A stretch of 64,000 nt of DNA from a virus: the IMG/VR virus record IMGVR_UViG_3300050343_000281, positions 1 to 64,000 of that record, one strand, 5' to 3'. Both the position numbers and the translations under genes were made by a program. This document shows, piece after piece, positions 19,428-27,221 of the stretch. Each line of letters opens with the position of its first letter. Position 1 is the first letter of the stretch. The notes under the pieces are model-generated. The model made no database searches and was not told the DNA's origin. It worked only from the letters and a program-made list of their open reading frames with translations.

Positions 19428-20054
19428 CTAACTACATTTATCAGAAATTCTTTTGACCGTATAACCATTTTTGTTTTTTATTTCGCCTCTTAAATATCTA
19501 GCAAGGGTATTTAACCCAACTCCAATTTTATTAGCTGTTTCTTTTTGTCCATAAAATTTTCCAATACTTTTACCTTTTAAAAATACTTCATATAAATGTT
19601 TTGGTTGCTTTGTTTTATTTTCTATCCTTTCTTTGTCGCTCATTAGTATTTTTTCTATAATAAAATCTTTACTTGGGCGACCTCTAAAATTCTTTTCTTT
19701 TGTTTCATTTTTTAGTAAATTTTGTACGGTAGATGTACAAATATTTAACTTTTTTGCTAAACCTTTTAAGGTATAGTCTATTGCTAATAAAGTACCATCT
19801 TTGTTACTAGCTTGATATTTATATCCTTTTTTCTTAAAATCAACAGGTTTCTTTTTTGCGTTGTTTATATCTAAAAATATTATATCTTTATTGATTAGTA
19901 TTTTTCTTTTTCCATCTGGCATTAAATTTAATATTTCTACTATACTTTTTTTTGAATATCCTTTTACTTTTATATTGAATATTTTTTCAAAAAATAGTAA
20001 AGAATTATCTAGAGAATTATCAAATCGTAGTATTTTTTGTCCTATCATTGTCAT
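19428..20054 (-). CDS. Tandem HTH/NUMOD-like DNA-binding protein
   Basis: LAKKLNICTSTV and TANKIGVGLNTL; paralog of 17416..18129. Confidence 0.65.
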   Translation of the reverse strand: MTMIGQKILRFDNSLDNSLLFFEKIFNIKVKGYSKKSIVEILNLMPDGKRKILINKDIIFLDINNAKKKPVDFKKKGYKYQASNKDGTLLAIDYTLKGLAKKLNICTSTVQNLLKNETKEKNFRGRPSKDFIIEKILMSDKERIENKTKQPKHLYEVFLKGKSIGKFYGQKETANKIGVGLNTLARYLRGEIKNKNGYTVKRISDKCS

Positions 20055-20134
20055 CCTTTAAAATAAATCATAAACTTTTAAAGTAAAGTATAAAGCTATA
20101 ATTCCTAAAATAGTTATCATTGCATCAACTTCCA

Positions 20135-20326
20135 TTAAAATATCCTTTCAACTACTAGATCATAAACATAACTACTATCTTGATTTAATTCATCCAATTC
20201 TTTCTCCGTCGCTTCTCTTATGTCTTCATTATCAAGTAAAACATTCGCACTAGATATAAAAGCATCACAAAAGTCTGGATAATCATTTGTATTTATACCG
20301 TTTAATTCAATATCAATATATTTCAT
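20135..20326 (-). CDS. Conserved small phage protein
   Basis: GINTNDYPDFCDAFISSA motif. Confidence 0.7.
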   Translation of the reverse strand: MKYIDIELNGINTNDYPDFCDAFISSANVLLDNEDIREATEKELDELNQDSSYVYDLVVERIF

Positions 20327-20508
20327 TTTTTAATCCCTATTGTAAAATGATGTTTATTTAGATAAAAGTTTATTGGCATAATGCCTTTTCCGTTATTGTC
20401 TTCAAAGTAAACATAACCATGAGAAACTTTAGTAACAAAATAATATTTTTTAAATTTAGTATGAATTATGTACATACCGCTTTTTATTTTACTTGGATCT
20501 TTAATCAT
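20323..20508 (-). CDS. Hypothetical protein
   Basis: Short ORF with RBS. Confidence 0.5.
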   Translation of the reverse strand: MIKDPSKIKSGMYIIHTKFKKYYFVTKVSHGYVYFEDNNGKGIMPINFYLNKHHFTIGIKK

Positions 20509-20656
20509 TCAATACTCCTTTATTCATCATGGTCTTGTCATTCTTTTACTACATGTGCCTTTGATTTACAAACAGGGCATTTAGTTTTATTATACTTGTC
20601 GTAATTTCTATAGTCACATTTAGTGCAAGAAATGTCATACATAACACTTGCCATAA

Positions 20657-21661
20657 TTAAACCTCACTTAGATCATACTTACTAAATAATTTCATAACAC
20701 TCCCATATAGTTCTATTTGATCATTTGTATAGTCATTTTCTTTACCTATTTCTTTATAGTCTTTTAACCAATCTTTATAAGGTAATACTTTACATCCTAT
20801 CTTAAAATAATGTTCGTTATCGTAATAAAAATACACTAATAAATCTTTTTCCCCATTAAAAGACATTATACCTTTTGCCTCATTTAAGTTTGCTCCACGT
20901 AATTCTGCCTCACCTAAGTTTACTCCACTAAAGTCTGCCCAACGTAAGTCTGCCTTACGTAAGTTTGCTCCACCTAAGTTTGTCCCACTTAAGTTTGCCT
21001 CACGTAAGTCTGCTCCACTAAAGTTTGCCTCATTTAAGTCTGCTCCACTAAAGTTTGCCCCATACAAGTCTACCCCACCTAAGTCTGCCTTACGTAAGTT
21101 TGCCCCACGTAAGTCTGCCTTACGTAAGCTTGCCCCACCTAAGTTTGCTCCACCTAAGTTTGCCCCACGTAAGTTTGCCCCACTTAAGTTTGCTCCACTT
21201 AAGTCTGCCTTACGTAAGTTTGCCTTACCTAAGTATGCCTCATACAAGTTTGCCCCACGTAAGTCTGCCTTACGTAAGCTTGCCCCACCTAAGTTTGCCC
21301 AACGTAAGTTTGCTCCACCTAAGTTTGCCCCACGTAAGTTTGCCCCACCTAAGTTTGTTTTATTTAAGTTTGCCTTACCTAAGTATGCCTCATACAAGTT
21401 TGCCCCACTTAAGTTTACTCCACTTAAGTTTGCCCAAAACAAGTTTGTCCCACTTAAGTTTGCTCCACGTAAGTTTGCCCCATACAAGTTTGCTTCACGT
21501 AAGTTTGCCCCACTTAAGTTTGCTCCACTTAAGTCTGCCTTAAGTAAGTTTGCTCCACGTAAGTTTGCTCCACTTAAGTCTGCCTTACGTAAGTTTGCTC
21601 CACGTAAGTTTGCCTCACGTAAGTATGCTTTAGGTTCTATTTTATAATTATATACTATCAT
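20657..21661 (-). CDS. Pentapeptide repeat protein
   Basis: About 50 A(N/D)Lxx repeats and a C-terminal FKIGC domain. Confidence 0.93.
   Translation of the reverse strand: MIVYNYKIEPKAYLREANLRGANLRKADLSGANLRGANLLKADLSGANLSGANLREANLYGANLRGANLSGTNLFWANLSGVNLSGANLYEAYLGKANLNKTNLGGANLRGANLGGANLRWANLGGASLRKADLRGANLYEAYLGKANLRKADLSGANLSGANLRGANLGGANLGGASLRKADLRGANLRKADLGGVDLYGANFSGADLNEANFSGADLREANLSGTNLGGANLRKADLRWADFSGVNLGEAELRGANLNEAKGIMSFNGEKDLLVYFYYDNEHYFKIGCKVLPYKDWLKDYKEIGKENDYTNDQIELYGSVMKLFSKYDLSEV
20875..21630 (-). repeat. 15-bp tandem coding repeat (pentapeptide units)
   Basis: Repeated aagtttgc(c/t)ccac(g/t/c)t units. Confidence 0.9.
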
Positions 21662-21891
21662 TTATCCCTCTCATATTCCATTGCATAATCAATTCTTAGG
21701 TCGATATCATTTTTATTAACAACTTTACCATTACAAAGGTTTATCCAGTCTTCTATAAAATCATTTTCGTCTTGTCCCTCATGTTTTAATTCCATTATAA
21801 GATCAACTAATTCATCTTTAGAACATGATTCGTAATGTCTTAAAAGGTCATTTTCCATGCCGTCAATGTCTTCTATAAGCCTTTTATTCAT
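21658..21891 (-). CDS. Acidic hypothetical protein
   Basis: First gene after a promoter. Confidence 0.55.
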   Translation of the reverse strand: MNKRLIEDIDGMENDLLRHYESCSKDELVDLIMELKHEGQDENDFIEDWINLCNGKVVNKNDIDLRIDYAMEYERDK

Positions 21892-21913
21892 TATTATTTC
21901 CTTTCCTATAGTT

Positions 21914-21942
21914 ACTTTACTAAATTATATGCAACGTGTCAA
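21914..21942 (-). promoter_or_regulatory. Sigma70-type early promoter
   Basis: TTGACA-17-TAAAGT; 23 of 24 nt shared with the 19413 promoter. Confidence 0.7.
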
Positions 21943-22088
21943 CTATTTTATTAAAATATACATTTTAATCTAAAAAGATCATGAAGATTATCAATATTGC
22001 TAAACATAAAAGCCAATGCTCCTAACTCCATAAATCCTTTTCCTTTATAAAGTCTAATCTCATTTTATTAAATTGAGTATTATACTTT

Positions 22089-22301
22089 CTATTCACTATC
22101 TTGTTTGCTAATTTCTTCAAAAATTGTAACATAATAACCGTCCTCATCTCTATTTAGAATATCACTTGACATGATTACTCTATATGTTTTTTTAGTAGAC
22201 TTTTTTAAAAGACCATTAGGTTCTGTAATTTCAACTATACTATTCTTTTTGAATTGCTGCTCTGTTTTGATCCATCTAGTTTTATCCATTAATTTCTCCA
22301 T
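22089..22301 (-). CDS. Hypothetical protein
   Basis: Short ORF. Confidence 0.5.
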   Translation of the reverse strand: MEKLMDKTRWIKTEQQFKKNSIVEITEPNGLLKKSTKKTYRVIMSSDILNRDEDGYYVTIFEEISKQDSE

Positions 22302-22315
22302 TTAGTACAATGTCT

Positions 22316-22705
22316 TTAAATAGTATAGTATAAATCATTTAACTTTGTATAATTATTTTTACTCTTTGCTGTTTTTTCATCAACTCTTTGTAATTTACCT
22401 AGCTTTTGCTCTTTTCCATCTGAGTAAATCAACCAACTTAAACCATTACTATCTTGATGTAAAATAGACTCTTGTTTGAAGTTTAAGAAAGCAAATGACT
22501 TTAAAGCCTCTAATTCTACATTATCCCTTACCACAACTACAAAACTATTTTCTAAATTACCTTGATAAAATCCTTGAGATTTTCCATAATGAAAATTACA
22601 CTCAGCAAGACATTTTTCTAAATTAGAGGTTCTTCTTTTATTCTCTTCTGAAGTGTTATTTTCTAATTCAGCCGATAAAATTACAATCCTTGACATTATT
22701 CTCAT
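22316..22705 (-). CDS. S-adenosylmethionine lyase/hydrolase-like protein (T3 SAMase family)
   Basis: VILSAE..N..R; GFYQG..ENSFVV; FKQESIL resemble recalled T3 SAMase motifs; early location. Confidence 0.7.
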   Translation of the reverse strand: MRIMSRIVILSAELENNTSEENKRRTSNLEKCLAECNFHYGKSQGFYQGNLENSFVVVVRDNVELEALKSFAFLNFKQESILHQDSNGLSWLIYSDGKEQKLGKLQRVDEKTAKSKNNYTKLNDLYYTI

Positions 22706-22854
22706 TTTTATACTCCCTTTTTAATACCATTAGCTTTTTATATCTTTCTTTTTATTTCTATAAACTTTGTATGATTCATAAATATCTAATATTATACTAA
22801 AAAATATACATAAAGCAGTTATAATTAAATATATTAAGATATCGTGTATAAACA

Positions 22855-23070
22855 TTACAAGCCCCTATGATTATCTAAAATATTTAGTAACTTAATATTA
22901 ATGTCATAAACTTTTTGATCTAATTCTTTTACTTCATTACTATCGTTTCCCCACATAATATTATAAACTTCTATCTTTTTTAATAAAATATTTAACTCTT
23001 TGTATAACATCAAATAAGTACTCTTTGTAAAAGCGTCCATTGATTCTGTAATTTTTGTTTGATTGTTCAT
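22855..23070 (-). CDS. Hypothetical early protein
   Basis: Downstream of a promoter, with RBS. Confidence 0.55.
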   Translation of the reverse strand: MNNQTKITESMDAFTKSTYLMLYKELNILLKKIEVYNIMWGNDSNEVKELDQKVYDINIKLLNILDNHRGL

Positions 23071-23103
23071 ACGGTCCCTCTTTTGTTTATTTCCTTAATA
23101 TTA

Positions 23104-23132
23104 ATTATAGTGTATAACGCAATGCAATGCAA
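23104..23132 (-). promoter_or_regulatory. Sigma70-type early promoter
   Basis: TTGCAT-17-TATAAT. Confidence 0.7.
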
Positions 23133-23224
23133 CAAAAAAATAACATAGTGTGTAAAAAAATGTAATATTGTAATGATTTCAATAAAAGAGTAACAATTCC
23201 GTAACTTATCCGTAAGTAATTAAA

Positions 23225-23237
23225 TTTAACAACTATA
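23225..23237 (+). promoter_or_regulatory. Putative phage late promoter motif
   Basis: TTTAACAACTATA, identical to the motif before structural genes. Confidence 0.7.
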
Positions 23238-23239
23238 TA

Positions 23240-23610
23240 TATATAAGACTAAGACCGTAAAAAAATGCCTTAAGATGTACATGCAAGAGGCGACTAGGAT
23301 AGCCCCACTAACTTAGGTTAGTATATCACTACAAGTCGAGGGATTAAGTTTGTAGCGGAACGCTTAGTTTAGTATAAAGAGTAAGTACACGCTCTAAAAT
23401 GCGACCAATCAGAGCTTGATAGCTAAAGCCTTAACCGAAAGTACAAATAAAGTTAAGCGCATAACATAACCAAACTAGAGTTTTTCGGACTACTAGTAAA
23501 GTATTGTTATGCCTTGAAACGTAGCTTTATAAAGATATAGCCCCTTATCCTTGGAGCTATTTAGAAGTGTATAATGTTGCATTGAACAATGCTTGTTAAA
23601 TCGGTGGGAC
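23240..23610 (+). ncRNA. Candidate large structured non-coding RNA
   Basis: Gap with no ORF of 60 aa or more, at least 11 nested helices, downstream of the late motif; G-U pairs favour the + strand. Confidence 0.65.
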
Positions 23611-23653
23611 CATTGAAATGTATTCTATTATATCCGTATAAGTGTTAAATGTA

Positions 23654-23845
23654 TTATCTTGTTTTGATAGTCTCAATTAAAGATAGTATTAGTTTATAAT
23701 TAGTTGAATTTTTATACCAAATCACTCTATCCATTACCTCATCTTCCAAATAACTCTCCAATATAAACTCACTATCAGTACAATATAAGCTATAATCATA
23801 CTGTACATTCCTACAATCTCCAGTAAAGTCCTCTAATAGTTGCAT
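23654..23845 (-). CDS. Hypothetical early protein
   Basis: RBS GGGAGA, downstream of a promoter. Confidence 0.55.
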   Translation of the reverse strand: MQLLEDFTGDCRNVQYDYSLYCTDSEFILESYLEDEVMDRVIWYKNSTNYKLILSLIETIKTR

Positions 23846-23882
23846 GATATCTCCCTTGTGCTATGTGTCATTTTCTATATAA

Positions 23883-23911
23883 ATTATATCTTATCTAAAA
23901 TATCCTGTCAA
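23883..23911 (-). promoter_or_regulatory. Consensus sigma70 early promoter
   Basis: TTGACA-17-TATAAT, perfect match. Confidence 0.88.
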
Positions 23912-23963
23912 GTACTTTTCTAAAAAATGTTCCATCCATAGAACTAAGGAGAAGGTATTGTAT

Positions 23964-24155
23964 TTAGTATAAAGAACCAGTTAACTCTATGGTTCCGACT
24001 AAAAACTCTAAATTATTGTAGTCGTCTAATACGTTACATATGTCTTTATTATTTAAAATCCAAGTATTGTTATCAGTTTCTATATAGCCCTTGTTCTTTA
24101 TTGAATCATATACAAATCTATATTTATTACTGTCATCATTAATTACTGTTAACAT
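23964..24155 (-). CDS. Hypothetical early protein
   Basis: Short ORF with RBS. Confidence 0.55.
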   Translation of the reverse strand: MLTVINDDSNKYRFVYDSIKNKGYIETDNNTWILNNKDICNVLDDYNNLEFLVGTIELTGSLY

Positions 24156-24156
24156 A

Positions 24157-24339
24157 TTACTCTCCCTTTAACCAAGTTAGGTGTTTTACTATAGTACTTG
24201 TAATATTTAGATTACTCTTGTTGCATAACTGTGACTCTTTTTTACTTAGTAATACTGAGTTACCAATCAATGTATTAGTTATAATGCCGCCATCACCATT
24301 GTACTTGTAGTGGTAGTCTCCAATAAATACTGATATCAT
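24157..24339 (-). CDS. Hypothetical early protein
   Basis: Short ORF with RBS. Confidence 0.55.
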   Translation of the reverse strand: MISVFIGDYHYKYNGDGGIITNTLIGNSVLLSKKESQLCNKSNLNITSTIVKHLTWLKGE

Positions 24340-24378
24340 ATGTCCCTCTCTTTGTGCTACGTGTCATTTCCTAATACT

Positions 24379-24406
24379 AGTATACCACACTTACAACTCC
24401 TGTCAA
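24379..24406 (-). promoter_or_regulatory. Sigma70-type early promoter (extended -10)
   Basis: TTGACA-16-TATACT with TG before the -10. Confidence 0.75.
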
Positions 24407-24513
24407 GGGGAAAGTACACTATATTAAAATAAAATTCAGTATTACAATGATGACAGATAATTAGTTACTTTATATATTCTAGTCTATATAATGTAATATT
24501 GGAGAGTGATGTA

Positions 24514-24660
24514 TGCAAGGATGGTACCAAGTATGTGGTAAGTATTTTGCTAATGCAAGAATCGTGCCCACCAATATGGCACAGTATTTGCAGGGGGGAA
24601 TGCTTGGCATAGTAATTGCTAATGCAAGAGCGATACCAGAAAGTTGGCATGGGGATTGTA
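24514..24660. promoter_or_regulatory. Array of seven sigma54 (RpoN) -24/-12 boxes
   Basis: Matches to TGGCAC-N5-TTGCW at 24514(-), 24536(+), 24554(-), 24577(+), 24605(+), 24623(-), 24645(+). Confidence 0.8.
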
Positions 24661-25225
24661 GGGGGGGTGGGTGGTTCTAGCTGTGTACTGTTGGTTACGT
24701 ATAGGGCTGAGAGTGCGTAGGTACTAAATATATTTATTACACGTAATATAACCTCTATACTACCCTATTTACCATTTACTTTACTCCATTTAATTGATCT
24801 ATTATATACTTACATAATAATACAGGTAATACTAAAGGAGTTGATATAATTATAACAACTGCTGTTATGCCCAAAAAAAAACTCATTAATACAAAAACCA
24901 ATGCACTTTCTGTTATATTCATAAATCCTCTAAATAATCTTTAATTATTTCTATTCTAAACTGTGGAGCATATGGTTTATTCTGATCAAAGCTTTTCTCA
25001 AGATCTGCCAAATATAAGTATATATCATCAGAGACTAATCTATCAACATAAGAATCATCAATTCCAATAAGCCATATTCTAATATATTTCAATACTGCTC
25101 CTATTTATTACACTTAATTTCGACAACCTCTTAAATTAGCTTTATTTGCGTTTTTTAGATAAGACATATAAAGTATAGGGTTAGGGTGTTTAGAGAATTT
25201 AAACGGCAAATTAAGGGCTAATTTG

Positions 25226-25435
25226 CTAGTCTTTTCCTTCCATGTCGCATCTAAGAATTGCATAGTCTATTTTTAGACGTAACATTTCAAGTTCAGTGAC
25301 TGTTTCTTCATATTCTTCTATAAGTCTATTTAACTCCTGATCTGTTTTTGGAAGCTCTTCCCAGCCAGGATATTGTTTTTCTGAGTAGGCGAAATTATAT
25401 CGAGTCATTTCGTTGATTAATAATAGCTTTTTCAT
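25226..25435 (-). CDS. Hypothetical protein, paralog of 25436..25651
   Basis: Shared YNF..SE..Y.GW.ELP...LN....YE. Confidence 0.65.
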   Translation of the reverse strand: MKKLLLINEMTRYNFAYSEKQYPGWEELPKTDQELNRLIEEYEETVTELEMLRLKIDYAILRCDMEGKD

Positions 25436-25651
25436 TTAAAAACTTTCCTTTTTATCACTTTCTAGTCTTTCTAGTTCTCTTTCAAAAAGGATTTGTAAAG
25501 CTTTTAATTCTCTTCTAATGTCTTCATAATCTTGTAATATGTTATTTAATCTTGGTGAATATGGTAATTCTTTCCACCCTACGTATATTTCTTCGGATTC
25601 TGTAAAATTATACACCAATTCATTGGTAATACACATTTGTAGTAATTTCAT
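25436..25651 (-). CDS. Hypothetical protein, paralog of 25226..25435
   Basis: Shared YNF..SE..Y.GW.ELP...LN....YE. Confidence 0.65.
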   Translation of the reverse strand: MKLLQMCITNELVYNFTESEEIYVGWKELPYSPRLNNILQDYEDIRRELKALQILFERELERLESDKKESF

Positions 25652-25675
25652 GCTCTATTCTCCTTCCTTTATAAA

Positions 25676-25686
25676 TATAGTTGTTA
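25676..25686 (-). promoter_or_regulatory. Putative late promoter motif, minus-strand copy
   Basis: TAACAACTATA 25 nt upstream of the ORF starting at 25651. Confidence 0.55.
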
Positions 25687-25716
25687 TTTTAGAAGGATAA
25701 AAAGTAATACATTTAC

Positions 25717-25944
25717 TTAAATTTTATAGGATTTATAGTCGTTTTTCCAGTTTTCTATGTCTTCATACGTTCTTAAAGCATCATAAGATTCAACCCATCT
25801 TACATCTCCTGGATCGTCTACCCAATAAAATCTATTATCATGAGCTTTAATACAGAAAAAACCAGCATCTGTTATTTTAATCAACTCTCCAGACATTAAT
25901 TTGTTTTCAAATCGGTGCAAAAACACTACGTATATCTTTTCCAA
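25717..25944 (-). CDS. Hypothetical protein
   Basis: ORF with RBS. Confidence 0.55.
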   Translation of the reverse strand: MEKIYVVFLHRFENKLMSGELIKITDAGFFCIKAHDNRFYWVDDPGDVRWVESYDALRTYEDIENWKNDYKSYKI

Positions 25945-25952
25945 GACAACTC

Positions 25953-26138
25953 CTATAGTTTATTTTTAGAATATCTAGCTTTTTCTAGTAATTTATCAGT
26001 TATTACATCTATTCTGCGTATTATAAACTTCTTTTCTGACTCAGAAATGCTATAAGTACTTAGAATCCTAAGTAATTCTTCTCTTTCTTTCTTAATTTTT
26101 TCAATTTTTTCTTTATCTTCAAATGGGCTTAAACGCAC
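25953..26138 (-). CDS. Hypothetical protein
   Basis: Short ORF. Confidence 0.5.
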   Translation of the reverse strand: MRLSPFEDKEKIEKIKKEREELLRILSTYSISESEKKFIIRRIDVITDKLLEKARYSKNKL

Positions 26139-26415
26139 GAAAAGTTCCTTTATCTAAATCAAACTCTAATTCATATACCTGACCTTGAGAATTAAATAAA
26201 AATCCCTGATTACCATTACACATTGGACTAGTTTCTAGTTTTTTATCGAAAAAAAACCAGTAATTCATAGAATATGCACCAGAATGGTTCATTTTACTTG
26301 TAAAAAAGTATCCAAATTTGTCATATATTTTTAAATACACCGTAGCAGACAGGACTAGAGTATTAGTACACCCTGCATATAATCTTAAGTCCATGTCTAA
26401 AAAGTCCCGTCCCAA
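26119..26415 (-). CDS. Hypothetical protein
   Basis: Overlapping ORF chain. Confidence 0.5.
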   Translation of the reverse strand: MGRDFLDMDLRLYAGCTNTLVLSATVYLKIYDKFGYFFTSKMNHSGAYSMNYWFFFDKKLETSPMCNGNQGFLFNSQGQVYELEFDLDKGTFRAFKPI

Positions 26416-26651
26416 TCATCTCCATCATAATCAAAATCTAATTGAGAAATAAGCTCTTCCCAATCTTCTATGTTACCTAGTCTATATTCTTTAGTTCCAG
26501 AAGCAGAGGATTTTTTTAATACAACTATATCTTCTGCTGTTTTTCCACAAGGTTTGCAATCATACCATATATTAACTCCAAAAGAAGTTCTAGTCCACTT
26601 GGTATCGCAGATAGGGCATTTTTCAGTTTCTGGTTTAAATTGCTTTGTCAC
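26397..26651 (-). CDS. Zinc-ribbon protein
   Basis: CPIC...CKPC. Confidence 0.6.
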   Translation of the reverse strand: MTKQFKPETEKCPICDTKWTRTSFGVNIWYDCKPCGKTAEDIVVLKKSSASGTKEYRLGNIEDWEELISQLDFDYDGDDWDGTF

Positions 26652-26838
26652 TTTCTAAGATCTCCTTTCTCTTGCGAATAGACCACACTACATGTGTTCT
26701 ATTAACAGTAGAACATGCCATTCCTAATTTTACCTGGGTTTCTGGTTTTAGTAAAGAAAAATCTGTTTCACAAGGTTTTTTTTCTTGCTTTACAGGCTGC
26801 GGACTGCTAAAAAACAATGCTATTAGTAATTCTTTCAT
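26635..26838 (-). CDS. Hypothetical protein
   Basis: Short ORF. Confidence 0.5.
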   Translation of the reverse strand: MKELLIALFFSSPQPVKQEKKPCETDFSLLKPETQVKLGMACSTVNRTHVVWSIRKRKEILESDKAI

Positions 26839-26981
26839 GTTATTACACCTTTTCGGGAGATCGTATTTTTGTGAAACAAAAAACGAAAGGGCTTTCCACC
26901 CTTATTTTAATATATCTGTCACTTTTTGTACTTTTTGTTATATTTTTCATATAAAATAGCCCATCTGTCACTAAAATTATA

Positions 26982-27221
26982 TTAGTCCTTATCCGTCATA
27001 TCTTTGTAATCTTCGTCCGACACTATAATAGCTGCATTGTACTGAAGGTAGATTCCAAAAAAGTATAAAAATATATTTAGAAAAAATATCAATACTTGTA
27101 GAGGATATAAAGAAGATATTATAGCTATTTTAAAAGCACTTAATCTTTCTGGATAATTATATATTCTAAAAGTAGTCAGTCCTAGATATATAGAAAGATA
27201 TAATATTATTAAAAGTTCCAT
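26982..27221 (-). CDS. Two-TM membrane protein
   Basis: Two hydrophobic helices. Confidence 0.55.
   Translation of the reverse strand: MELLIILYLSIYLGLTTFRIYNYPERLSAFKIAIISSLYPLQVLIFFLNIFLYFFGIYLQYNAAIIVSDEDYKDMTDKD

Noticed and set aside
21055-21543. 162-aa + strand ORF of SLPH/SLLH repeats
   Set aside because: Antisense shadow of the pentapeptide repeat gene
20875-21630. Possible CRISPR array
   Set aside because: Contiguous 15-bp coding repeats with no unique spacers
23400-23545. Group I intron, suggested by the S-like AAGATATAGCCC at 23532
   Set aside because: No interrupted gene and no convincing P/Q/R elements or P7 partner; kept only as an unassigned structured RNA
24465-24650. 61-aa minus-strand ORF over the sigma54 array
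   Set aside because: Atypical composition and no convincing RBS; the sequence is better explained by the repeated DNA motifs
10373-26959. Short plus-strand ORFs inside the early arm (e.g. 10373, 12094, 17924, 26645)
   Set aside because: Antisense shadows rich in F/S/L with no RBS
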